In this document: positions 27,015-36,448 of the stretch, piece after piece
Numbering within the stretch: the stretch's first letter is position 1
How the letters are laid out: each line of letters begins with the position of its first letter
Program-made: the position numbers and the translations under genes
From: Candidatus Peribacterales bacterium
GTDB taxonomy: Bacteria > Patescibacteriota > Gracilibacteria > Peribacterales > Peribacteraceae
NCBI GenBank assembly: GCA_035289645.1
Contig: DATDWL010000004.1
Span: forward strand, 29,614-93,613
Direction: 5' to 3'
Length of the DNA: 64,000 bases
The notes under the pieces: generated by a model
What the model was told of the DNA's origin: nothing
The model's database searches: none
Seen by the model: the letters and a program-made list of their open reading frames with translations, nothing else

Positions 27015-30000
27015 TTAAAGCGGATGCTTCTCGATCCACACGGGGTGCTCTACGAGAATCTTCTCGTAGCGCGCGAGCTTTTCCTTATTCTCGTCTCGCC
27101 TTTGACCTTGGAGATATGCATAGCGACCACCAGTGATCGGTGTTTTTGCAGCTTTTGCCACATCTGCACGCAACGACTCTATGTTTTGGAGCGCTTCCAC
27201 AAGCTCTTCCTGCTTCTTCTGGTATTCCTTAATAAGCGCAAGGCGTTCTACGTCGCTCGAAAGTTCTTCGAACCGTGCAGCGGGGCTACTGAGGGATGTC
27301 ATGATCGACATCTCCCCTTCTTTGAGGCGATTCCACAAGCCTTCGATAATATTCGCCCCTTTTGATCCTGCGGATGACGCTGCATCCATAACGGACTTCG
27401 CAAAAGCGTTCGACTCTTTCGCAATAAGCGGATCGAGTGCCGCAAGCGTATGGAGCTCCGTCCACTTTCCACGATCGCCATCCAACCCTGCGACAAAATT
27501 TGTTTCACGGGTCTTCACACGGAACGAGAGAACATGCGGCAGGCTCTTCCGATGCAAATACGTGATCATCTGCTGCCTGAGGAGTTCGTTGCCACCAGAA
27601 GCATCTCCTGATTCCATCGCGGCACTCGCTATTGCAAGCATGCCAGCAAGCATCTTTTTTTCTTCCTGCACTTCGTGCTCCTTCGCTTGGTCTTTAAGCG
27701 GAAGCGCTTCATCCGGACTGGATTCCATTTTCGATTTCTGCTTCGATCGATCGAGGACAATCGTATGCACATTTTCGATTGCAAACTTATTGTGTTGCAG
27801 TACGGCATATTCCTCGGCTTGGCTTAAGAGGAAACCAAGCTGCTCTTGTTTGCCCCCCGGTAAAAGCACTTCTTTTCCGTTCTCCCAGAGGTATTTGGTC
27901 TTCGCCTCTTCGTACACGCGCTTGCAATTATCGTAGTACATCACTTCGGCCGTATTGAGCGGACGCTCGGCGCCATTTGGATCGCGGACAGTGACCGGCA
28001 CTTTGATCATGCCGCTCTCATCCACAATTGCCCGTATTCTCTTTAGATGCATGTAATCAATTTCCGTCTGCTGCATGCTTCTTGTTTCCTCCGACTTCCA
28101 ACGATAGATCTTATCCCGAACAGGCTGAAGTGCGAGATCGAGGAAGGGCATACCGGTCGAAAGCGCCAGCGGCACCCAGTTATTATTTTTGAGGATGATG
28201 CGCGTCTCCTGTCCGACCACCTCTCCAAATTCAAGCTCGCGGATATCGACAAGCGATTCCTCGGGATCAAGTTCGCGCTTCCAATCTTCCACACTGTGCA
28301 CAAGCCCTTCCTCGAACTTATGCTTTTGGTAAAGCGCAGCGATAGACGCAGAAACAGGAAGAGTCAGGAGCATGACAGGTGTTGCAACCGCTGCTGCCGC
28401 TCCTGTCGCTGTAAGCCCCACAACACCGGCAACAAGACCAACACCTCCCACTCCGGCTTCGGCAGCAAGGTAGTAGTACCGTTCCTCATATTTTCCACGC
28501 AGTTCCGTGCTGCTCTCTGGCGTTCGAGCAATAAGCTGGTGTGTTTGGTATGCCTCGTATCCTGCAAACGCGATGGAGGCTGCATCTCCCACAATACCGA
28601 GGACATCCAGCGCTCGTGCGACTTTGCCGATGGCAGAGAGCTTCTGAACAGTTTTTGCCGCATCGCCCCCTTCGCCTGCAATCTCTGCAAGTTTCGACCA
28701 ATCTTTTGTGTCTTCGATGTGACTGAGCATCCGCACTGCATCATCACTGCCGGAAGCTTTTGCTTCCACAAGTACGGCTGTAAAAATCTCACGATGCTCT
28801 GCAGGCACGCGACTCAAGTCCGATACATGCTCGACCATGGCACCCGATGCTCCTACCGTATAGTCTCGAACAGCACCATCCGCACCAACAACACCAAGTG
28901 TGCGAGGCGGCAGAGGCGGTGCATCCGGAATAACATTCGTCTTGAGTGCTCCCGTTCCATCCGTCCGAGGAATCTCCGTACCACGAGCACTCGCTGCAAC
29001 ATCGGAAAAATCTCCTCCACGCCACCGAGGATCAGGTTTCGTCCGTGGTGATGGAGTGGGATTGCGGGATGGCGTTGATCCGACAGAACGAGACTTGCGA
29101 GGAGAAGATGTGGCGGGTCGCGGAGGCTCTCCCTCCATCGGTAGAACACCCGGCCTCTCCGGCGGAGTCGCAGAGGAAGCAGGCTTTGATTCTGGAAGCA
29201 CTTCGGCTTCGAGAACAACTTCCGCGGTGATCGCAGAATCCGCTTCCAGCATCTTATTGAGATCAGCTACCTCCTGTGCAGTCGTGTATCTTCCAGTCGT
29301 AGGATCATAGAACGCCGATTCTACAGCTGCGGCAGGAGCTTTCACCTCACTAAGAGGTTTCGCTGTTTCAGGAGATACAAATCTTCCAGTTTGTGGATCA
29401 AAGACTTCATCCACTACTTCTACTGCCGCAGCAGGTGGTGGTGTTTCAGCAGCTTTGGCGGCATCAGCAGCGGCATCCCACGTCTTGGTGGCATCCGACA
29501 CTCCAGCGCGCGCCGACTTCCCCACAGATTCTGCAGTGGCAGCTCCGCCTGCCGCTTCCTCCGTCACACCCATTCCAGAAAGAGCATTTTTTAGATTGAG
29601 ATCGCTAATATTGCCTTCTTTGATTTGAAGTGCGAGTGCGGGGTTTCTGCGAGCAAATGCTGGCATTTTTCCATTGGAAGTTTTATAGAAATCAAGGAGC
29701 GCCTTTTTAATTTCTTGTTCAATTTTATTCATATTCGCCTTCAAAGATTCCTTAAGCTTCGTCCCCGCTTTCTTGGCCGTTGCATCACTATAGAGTGATT
29801 CCATTCCTTTCCATTCCTCATTGAGAGCATCAATTGCCTCTTCCGACCATTGAAGTCCATTGCCACCCGTCAGGCGACGAGCAATACCATGTGTCACCCA
29901 GTTATGGATGAGAAAATTCTTCGTGCGTCGCGCATAAAAAAGAGGATGATGTACTAATGATTTCGTGTAGACGGGGATCACTTCGACATTGTCTTTTGTG

Positions 30001-31241
30001 GCCTTTAAAAATCCGTATGTCACAACGCCTTTCTTTACCACCTGATATGGCCACGTGATCGTCGTTCCAACAGCACGCAGTGCAGAGCCTGTGATTCCGT
30101 GCTTTGGGATCCTCGTGATAAAATCCAAGGCTGCAAAACTTGAGGCATACGCAACAGTGCCCTCTATGTATACGGAGATAAGGTCATTACGATCGCTAAG
30201 GCCAACAAGCGCCCCAAGGGCTGTTCCAACGAGTTTTACATCATCCCAAACAACCGTGACGCCAGATTTACCGATGTAGGCGATGCCATCGACAATAACG
30301 ATCCATAATCCATGTTCCACACACGTCTCGATAATGTCATCAACATTGCTTCCACAATCATCCAAAGCCTGATTCAGACCCTCTACATCATCTCCAAAGG
30401 TATTCGCAATTCTATCCTTCGCGCCTTTGAGTCCGGCATTGATACTTTGGCCGGCAGCACCTGCGCTTTCCAAGGTTCTCTCCATTGTTGTTCTTTCTTT
30501 CTTTTTCCATCCCATCCAATCATAGAACTCATCAATGATCTGCGTGGAAACTGATTTCTTTTTCGGATCATCCCCAGATTTTGGATCAGCACCTGACAAT
30601 TTTTCATAAAGATATTTTACAGGATCACTCGCAAACTTAGCTGCTTCGCTGCTCACACCTACGATTCCCCTGACCTTAAGCCACAAGTAATACCCAAGAC
30701 CGACAACAGGAATGGCAAGGAGAACGTTTCTTAAAAGATTACTTTTCCCCGATGCTCCGTTTTTACGATTAAAGAGGTAGTACAAAATTCCAAGACCGCC
30801 GACGGTCAGCGTGCCATACACTGCCAATTTTCCCACAGACAAACCTGTCACCCAGTTCTTCACTTTTTCGACGTTTTGCTTAATAAATCCCTCCTCCTCT
30901 ATCTTTGCCGGTACTTCCTTCGTCTTTTCTTCTGGAGGCTTCGTTGCATCTTCAACAACCTCATTGCATTTTTCTTCTGCCGTTTTCTTCTCCTTATTTT
31001 TCTCCTTCTCCGCTTTCTCCTTTGCTCGTGCAGCTGTCATCGCTTTGAGATCTTCGAGTGGCGTGTTTACATCGATTGCGACTTGCACCGGCAACGGCAA
31101 CACCGTCTTCAAAGATCCTTTAAGAAAATTGAGCAACATGTTCGTCTCCTTCGGTTTTTCCTCAGGCTTCTCGACATCTCTAAAGATGAGCCGCGCTTCG
31201 CGCGGGGAGAATGATTCCGGAGATGAGTGATGCAAGTACAT
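27015..31241 (-). CDS. Large hypothetical protein (1408 aa)
   Basis: Long ORF with hydrophobic hairpins and a Pro/Ala-rich linker; N-terminal REARLIFRDV. Confidence 0.85.
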   Translation of the reverse strand: MYLHHSSPESFSPREARLIFRDVEKPEEKPKETNMLLNFLKGSLKTVLPLPVQVAIDVNTPLEDLKAMTAARAKEKAEKEKNKEKKTAEEKCNEVVEDATKPPEEKTKEVPAKIEEEGFIKQNVEKVKNWVTGLSVGKLAVYGTLTVGGLGILYYLFNRKNGASGKSNLLRNVLLAIPVVGLGYYLWLKVRGIVGVSSEAAKFASDPVKYLYEKLSGADPKSGDDPKKKSVSTQIIDEFYDWMGWKKKERTTMERTLESAGAAGQSINAGLKGAKDRIANTFGDDVEGLNQALDDCGSNVDDIIETCVEHGLWIVIVDGIAYIGKSGVTVVWDDVKLVGTALGALVGLSDRNDLISVYIEGTVAYASSFAALDFITRIPKHGITGSALRAVGTTITWPYQVVKKGVVTYGFLKATKDNVEVIPVYTKSLVHHPLFYARRTKNFLIHNWVTHGIARRLTGGNGLQWSEEAIDALNEEWKGMESLYSDATAKKAGTKLKESLKANMNKIEQEIKKALLDFYKTSNGKMPAFARRNPALALQIKEGNISDLNLKNALSGMGVTEEAAGGAATAESVGKSARAGVSDATKTWDAAADAAKAAETPPPAAAVEVVDEVFDPQTGRFVSPETAKPLSEVKAPAAAVESAFYDPTTGRYTTAQEVADLNKMLEADSAITAEVVLEAEVLPESKPASSATPPERPGVLPMEGEPPRPATSSPRKSRSVGSTPSRNPTPSPRTKPDPRWRGGDFSDVAASARGTEIPRTDGTGALKTNVIPDAPPLPPRTLGVVGADGAVRDYTVGASGAMVEHVSDLSRVPAEHREIFTAVLVEAKASGSDDAVRMLSHIEDTKDWSKLAEIAGEGGDAAKTVQKLSAIGKVARALDVLGIVGDAASIAFAGYEAYQTHQLIARTPESSTELRGKYEERYYYLAAEAGVGGVGLVAGVVGLTATGAAAAVATPVMLLTLPVSASIAALYQKHKFEEGLVHSVEDWKRELDPEESLVDIRELEFGEVVGQETRIILKNNNWVPLALSTGMPFLDLALQPVRDKIYRWKSEETRSMQQTEIDYMHLKRIRAIVDESGMIKVPVTVRDPNGAERPLNTAEVMYYDNCKRVYEEAKTKYLWENGKEVLLPGGKQEQLGFLLSQAEEYAVLQHNKFAIENVHTIVLDRSKQKSKMESSPDEALPLKDQAKEHEVQEEKKMLAGMLAIASAAMESGDASGGNELLRQQMITYLHRKSLPHVLSFRVKTRETNFVAGLDGDRGKWTELHTLAALDPLIAKESNAFAKSVMDAASSAGSKGANIIEGLWNRLKEGEMSIMTSLSSPAARFEELSSDVERLALIKEYQKKQEELVEALQNIESLRADVAKAAKTPITGGRYAYLQGQRRDENKEKLARYEKILVEHPVWIEKHPL

Positions 31242-31265
31242 GGAGAAAAATGCAGAGTAAAAGAT

Positions 31266-32534
31266 TTACGAGAAGAAGCCGCGCTTTGCAGGAACAATGG
31301 AAATGACGCGATCACCAAGCGAAAGCGAGACTTTATCCTTCATGGTTTTGATCTCCCGCAAAGTGATGGAGGCGGAGGCTGCATCGTTCAGGCGGAGCAT
31401 CAGTGTTGATTCCAACCCATCCCCTGCTTTTGCGCGAAAGAGCACTTGTGTGTTTTCCGGCATATCCACGATGGAAAATGTTTTATCATTCGATTTTCCC
31501 TCGAAGAAAATCTTACCATTCTGTATGCGGCAGTATTCTTTATCTACGGGAACCAACTTCATACGCACGCCGCTTGCAGGAACGACGCGATGCGTTTCTC
31601 CCCACAGAGAATCAATGTCGTGATCCTTCTTGAGCGCTGCAAGTGATTCCGGAGTAACTGTGGATTCGTTTTTTGCATCAGCGGGTTTTGCAGCATCGGA
31701 TACCGCGGGCTTCGCTGCTTCCGGCGTCCCCGGAGCGGGAGTGACGCTGGGGAGCGGAATATCACTCATGGCAATTTCTCCTGTGAGCGCGGGATTTGCC
31801 TCCACATATTTCTTCGCAGTATCCTTGGCAAATTCCTTTGGGGTTTTTCCCGATTTTTGCTGCGCCTCTTTCCATTTTGGCCATAACTCCTGTTTCCATG
31901 TGATACTGATCTCGCGTTTCTTTGTTCGCATCTCGCGCACGAGCATAAAAAATCCCCCCTGCATTTCGAGCATGGCAATGGATTCGCGTGCGGATTCCGC
32001 TTGATCTTTAAATGAATCACCAATGTACGGAATTTTTCCAATGGCACCGTACATGCGGGCAATGATTTTATTCCACGCGATATCAGCTAATCGCAAAATT
32101 TCCTTCGCACCGTCTTCGGGAGTAATTTTAAGGATTTTGCTGACTCCCTCAAGCCCCGTGGCTCCTGCCACGGCCTTCGTAAGACCCAATTGAAGCTGCT
32201 CTCGTATCGGACCGGGAATGCCGGAAGGACCTTCCGATGCTCCGCTCATCGCTTCCATCACCTTTAATCTCGTGTCGATGACTTCCACCATGACTCGTTT
32301 TTCCGCTTCGGCCTTTACCTTCTCGGCATCGGGAAGTTTTTCGAATGTTTCGATGGTGAGTTTCTTCGCCTCATCAAGTTGTACTTTTTCTTTGAGCTCC
32401 GAAAGTTCCTGCCGCACTTCGGTCTTCACCTCATCCTTCCATTCCGGCGTACCCATCTTTCTGATCTTCGCCGAAAGCGACGCAGGAAGCCCTTCCGCTG
32501 GCACATCTTCGAAAATGAGTCTGTGTTCGCGCAT
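31266..32534 (-). CDS. Hypothetical protein (422 aa)
   Basis: Long ORF, N-terminal MREHRLIFEDV. Confidence 0.85.
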   Translation of the reverse strand: MREHRLIFEDVPAEGLPASLSAKIRKMGTPEWKDEVKTEVRQELSELKEKVQLDEAKKLTIETFEKLPDAEKVKAEAEKRVMVEVIDTRLKVMEAMSGASEGPSGIPGPIREQLQLGLTKAVAGATGLEGVSKILKITPEDGAKEILRLADIAWNKIIARMYGAIGKIPYIGDSFKDQAESARESIAMLEMQGGFFMLVREMRTKKREISITWKQELWPKWKEAQQKSGKTPKEFAKDTAKKYVEANPALTGEIAMSDIPLPSVTPAPGTPEAAKPAVSDAAKPADAKNESTVTPESLAALKKDHDIDSLWGETHRVVPASGVRMKLVPVDKEYCRIQNGKIFFEGKSNDKTFSIVDMPENTQVLFRAKAGDGLESTLMLRLNDAASASITLREIKTMKDKVSLSLGDRVISIVPAKRGFFS

Positions 32535-32595
32535 GGATTTGTTTGGATGTGTTTTCGATAAGAATTATACCATATTTGCCTCTTTTTATGAAGGG

Positions 32596-33060
32596 TTACT
32601 CGTGATGATACTTTCCTCCTCTTCCTCTATCCAAAGCCCTGTAGAGCGCCTCGAAGAAGATGAGTCGGCAGAGTTCGTGCGGCAAGGTCATGGAGGAGAG
32701 CCGAAGGAGGAGATCTGCCTTCTCGCGCACTCTCTCATCAAATCCATACGCACCACCGATCACGAATGTCACAGAGCGACCGAAATCTTTGTGCTCCACC
32801 AAAAACTCTGCAAAGGCATCGGTCGTTAAATCTTTCCCATGCTCATCGAGGAGAACGAGGACATCCTCGCCGCCAAATGATTTGAGCAGACGATCGGATT
32901 CTTCGCGTACCTGTCGCTCGGGTCTGTTTTCTTTGCTTGCAGGGAGCTCTTCCACATCGAACATGGCCATCGGGGAGAATCGCTTACGATAATCGCTGCA
33001 GCCATCACGAACCCATGAGGTTTTGAGCGTGCCAACGGTGATGAGGCGGATGCGTTGCAT
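32596..33060 (-). CDS. rlmH: 23S rRNA (pseudouridine-1915-N3)-methyltransferase
   Basis: LITVG.LK, LDE.GK, F.IGGAYG, LS.MTLPH.L.R....EALYRA......YH; start at ATG 33060. Confidence 0.93.
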   Translation of the reverse strand: MQRIRLITVGTLKTSWVRDGCSDYRKRFSPMAMFDVEELPASKENRPERQVREESDRLLKSFGGEDVLVLLDEHGKDLTTDAFAEFLVEHKDFGRSVTFVIGGAYGFDERVREKADLLLRLSSMTLPHELCRLIFFEALYRALDRGRGGKYHHE

Positions 33061-34589
33061 TATGGCTTTCCTCGAGCGAATGAATCCGAACGGAGTGAGG
33101 ATGAATGAGTCGAGAGGCCTCTCGACTCGTCCGTCGCGACGGACTCGCTCGAGGAAAGCAAAACACCCACCAATCCCCACACTGTATATGCCACAGCCGA
33201 ATCTTCCCACGCATGGAGGAAGAGCGACGCGATGCTGATTCCCAAAAATGCAAGAAAAGCCGGTGAAACATTGATGATGGAAAGCCGTTTGAGAATTATG
33301 AAGCAGAGCGCAAGAAAGAGCGCAAAACCAAGAATCCCAAGTTCGAGACCGATTTGAATGTACCAATTTTCCGGGAGAAGCGGACAATGACACTCTTTTT
33401 GATCAATGGTTGGCTGAACCTGGGTGCGGCCAATAAAAAGACAGAGATCAGACCGATCCTTCGCCCAGCTTGTATCCGCTCCTTCATCAAAGTACAAGCA
33501 TGTATCACTGACTCTATTACTCGCAGGACCAGCAGAACCAAGACCAAACCCGAGTGGATTCTGAATCATGGTCACGATCCCCTCTCGTACGCGCTCGATA
33601 TGATGGCGATTCGAAATACTGCGCTCGATAAGTGATGGCATCGTAGCCATGAGAGTGATAATCGCGAGTATCACAATGGAAAAAAGTGTCATCAATATGT
33701 GCATTCTCCGCTTTCCGTGAATATTCACACTGATCGCAATGACCGTGATCACAAATGCAGCAATCCATGCGGAGCGGGAGAAAGTGAGAAGGAGGGCGAA
33801 TGCGATGAGAAGAAGGAATGGAATGTTTCGTCTTCGGCGCGCTGTGTCATCCTGAGCGAAGCCGGAGCGAAGCGACGGCGAAGACGAAGGGCGGTACAGC
33901 GCGCCTTCGCTCAGCATGACACATAGTCCCACACTCCAAGGTATCAGCAGCCATAATCCAAATTGATTCGGTCCGGAAAACGTGGACTGGATGCGACGAA
34001 TGCCGGTATTCGAGATATGCTGAAATGCGGAAAGGGATGAGCCCGGCGCATAGATGGAATGCGCATCGCTGTAGCCGAGTGTCGTGAAGAATCCCTGCGG
34101 GAGGAAAAATGTAAGAATACCATACGCAGCAACAATTCCTCCGATGATGAATACAGCTGGATACATTCTCTTCTCTAAAAAATCCTGATCCCATGGGAGC
34201 CACGCGAGGAGGAGGAAAAAAATGAGCGGAATAAAATCATACTTAAACCCAAACACAAATTGTGTGAGTGACGATGGCGCGCCATTGATGAAAAGAATAA
34301 TGGCAACAGCGAGCAGACCAAGAATGCACCACGTCGGTGCATCGAGACGAAACTTCCATCGTCCACCCTTGATCATTATGAGAACACTCTTCCAATCTGC
34401 CATCGCAAGCTCAACAATGCCAACGAGAAAAATGAACGCAATAAGCACCTCCTTCCAGATTGCAAGAAGTGGCATCGGCGCATGGCCGTATCCTTCGATC
34501 AACCGAGTTCCCACTGTCACAAAGAGTGCATGGAGCGGGAGGAGGACGAAGAGGATCAGGAGGAAATGATGACGTAGTTTGCGGAGCAC
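33060..34589 (-). CDS. O-antigen ligase (WaaL/Wzy_C) family membrane protein with two palindromic inserts
   Basis: RI.STFSGPN..G, LTFSRSAW, P.G.GLG, ENWY.Q...E.G..G; GTG start 6 nt after TATACT. Confidence 0.85.
   Translation of the reverse strand: MLRKLRHHFLLILFVLLPLHALFVTVGTRLIEGYGHAPMPLLAIWKEVLIAFIFLVGIVELAMADWKSVLIMIKGGRWKFRLDAPTWCILGLLAVAIILFINGAPSSLTQFVFGFKYDFIPLIFFLLLAWLPWDQDFLEKRMYPAVFIIGGIVAAYGILTFFLPQGFFTTLGYSDAHSIYAPGSSLSAFQHISNTGIRRIQSTFSGPNQFGLWLLIPWSVGLCVMLSEGALYRPSSSPSLRSGFAQDDTARRRRNIPFLLLIAFALLLTFSRSAWIAAFVITVIAISVNIHGKRRMHILMTLFSIVILAIITLMATMPSLIERSISNRHHIERVREGIVTMIQNPLGFGLGSAGPASNRVSDTCLYFDEGADTSWAKDRSDLCLFIGRTQVQPTIDQKECHCPLLPENWYIQIGLELGILGFALFLALCFIILKRLSIINVSPAFLAFLGISIASLFLHAWEDSAVAYTVWGLVGVLLSSSESVATDESRGLSTHSSSLRSDSFARGKP
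33065..33159. repeat. Empty type B arm pair (no GIY-YIG), encoding the ligase C-terminus
   Basis: gctttcctcgagcga (33065-33079) / tcgctcgaggaaagc (33145-33159); centre gagtcgagag-gc-ctctcgactc. Confidence 0.9.
33843..33923. repeat. Type A element inside the O-antigen ligase gene
   Basis: tgtgtcatcctgagcgaag / cttcgctcagcatgacaca, one mismatch. Confidence 0.88.
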
Positions 34590-34637
34590 AACGAAAGTAT
34601 AGCGTGTCACAGTGTCACACAATTCCTAGCCCCAACC

Positions 34638-36023
34638 CTAGCCCACATTCAATCTCCCCTCCTCCGTCCTATACACTTCCCCACTTTCAAGCACCTTCAT
34701 CACAATATCGATCGATTTCTTGCTCACGTCGTTGCCATAAATCTTCGGCGCTTTCTTCATGGCCTCATTCCCCCACGCGTATTTGATAATATTCGCGATT
34801 GCGGTGGAATCGACCGGCGGCGCGATGAGGTTGCCTCCACCGAGAATACTCTCCGATCGATCCGATCCAAAGCGGAGCGTCACGCAGGGAATGCCAAGTG
34901 CATTCATTTCTTCCTGCATCGATCCGCTATCCGTTGCGCACACGGCGGCTCTGCTCATTGCAGCAATAACATCCACGTACTCCGGCCACACATCCGAGAG
35001 AATAAAGTGTGGATATTTTTTAGCAAGCATTTCGATTTCGGTGGTGAGCCCAAAGCGTTCGAATGCCATCTTCGTTTGATTCATGTTGATGAGGAGAACT
35101 TTTCTCCCCTCTTCGATGAGCATCTTCATAGCGCCATAGATCGCCATGAATCTCTTTTGATCTGTGCAGTTCTCTCGGCGGTGGATGCAGAATCGTACAA
35201 AGTCGCCGTCCTTGAGTATGGGATACCGATCAAACACCGTTGATTGATCGATACGACTCATCGCTTCCTCCATGGCATCGGCAACGGAATTTCCAACGAC
35301 AAAAATGCGATCCTCTGGAAACCCCTCCGCAAGCAGAAACTCTCGATCGAGTTCTACCGGTGCAAAATGGATGCCCGTCGCGCACTCACTGCAACGCGTA
35401 TTAAATTGCTCGGGATAAGGCTCGAGTGACCCACGCGTCCAGTTCTTCCGATCCATGAGGAATGTCCTCCACAAGTCGCCGAGCTCTACTACGTCATGCT
35501 GAGCGAAGTCCGAGGCATGAGCCGAGGACGAAGTCGAAGCACGTCGCGAGGACATCACTTTTTTCCACTCGCTGTAATCCGGCGTCAGTGTCCTAATCCC
35601 CGCCTCCACATGGACTGATGCACATTGATGGCAGTAGCCGGCATTACTTGCCGCCATCGCCGTTGTTGTATCGCCATGGACATACGGAATGACAATTTTG
35701 CCGCGAGCTTTGAGCTCGGCGATGATATGCCCAAGGCGTCCGATGATCTGCGAGACAACTTCGTGCATGTGCCCGCGCACATTCAAATTAAAATCCGGCT
35801 CCACGCCGAATTCTTTCAACATTCCTCCGCTTAAGTTTTCATCGTAGTGCTGACCTGTGTGGCCGAGGAGAACGCACGCCCCGCGCTTTTTGAGTTCTTT
35901 GTAGAGTGGGATTTGTTTGATGATATCCGGCTTCGTTGCAATCATGATGAGGTGCACATGGGCATCTGTATGATTGGCGCAATCATCGTAGAACCTCTGT
36001 GAGCGGTAGGTAATATCTTCCAT
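34638..36023 (-). CDS. wecB: UDP-N-acetylglucosamine 2-epimerase, with an in-frame insert
   Basis: ATKPDIIK, HTGQHYD, VHGDT, HVEAGIRT, PE.FN, HRREN, TDSG.MQEE. Confidence 0.9.
   Translation of the reverse strand: MEDITYRSQRFYDDCANHTDAHVHLIMIATKPDIIKQIPLYKELKKRGACVLLGHTGQHYDENLSGGMLKEFGVEPDFNLNVRGHMHEVVSQIIGRLGHIIAELKARGKIVIPYVHGDTTTAMAASNAGYCHQCASVHVEAGIRTLTPDYSEWKKVMSSRRASTSSSAHASDFAQHDVVELGDLWRTFLMDRKNWTRGSLEPYPEQFNTRCSECATGIHFAPVELDREFLLAEGFPEDRIFVVGNSVADAMEEAMSRIDQSTVFDRYPILKDGDFVRFCIHRRENCTDQKRFMAIYGAMKMLIEEGRKVLLINMNQTKMAFERFGLTTEIEMLAKKYPHFILSDVWPEYVDVIAAMSRAAVCATDSGSMQEEMNALGIPCVTLRFGSDRSESILGGGNLIAPPVDSTAIANIIKYAWGNEAMKKAPKIYGNDVSKKSIDIVMKVLESGEVYRTEEGRLNVG
35491..35549. repeat. Single type A arm inside wecB
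   Basis: acgtcatgctgagcgaag...gaagtcgaagcacgtcgcga. Confidence 0.88.
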
Positions 36024-36097
36024 GCAACAAGCAGAATAGCGGATAAAGTGAGGATCTTCACGCTTGAACCCACCAAAATGAAGGGCATACTCATGGC

Positions 36098-36436
36098 ATG
36101 GAAAATCAGTTCCGCATGAGGACCGTTATCATGACGGCAGAAGAATTGGGCGCGAGAATGGATAGGTGCATGTCGATTCATCCTACCCTTGTATCAAATG
36201 ATGACGCGAAAAGACCCCTCGAAAATCTTATTATGACCGCATCACTTTTAAACCGTCGAAATCAAATTTGGAGTTTTATGGGCGCTCATGCTGTAGAAAT
36301 TGCTGCACAATTGGATGGAGTAATGGAATTCACTGGCACGCGAGAATCGCTCTACAAACTTTTCCTCCTTCTCGAACAATTAGAATGGGGACCGTTTTCA
36401 CAAAAAGGAAACTCTGCATCTTCTTCATCCGAGTAG
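36098..36436 (+). CDS. Hypothetical protein
   Basis: 112-aa ORF filling the gap; CATACT 6 nt upstream of ATG. Confidence 0.5.
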   Translation: MENQFRMRTVIMTAEELGARMDRCMSIHPTLVSNDDAKRPLENLIMTASLLNRRNQIWSFMGAHAVEIAAQLDGVMEFTGTRESLYKLFLLLEQLEWGPFSQKGNSASSSSE

Positions 36437-36448
36437 AACACGTCATCA

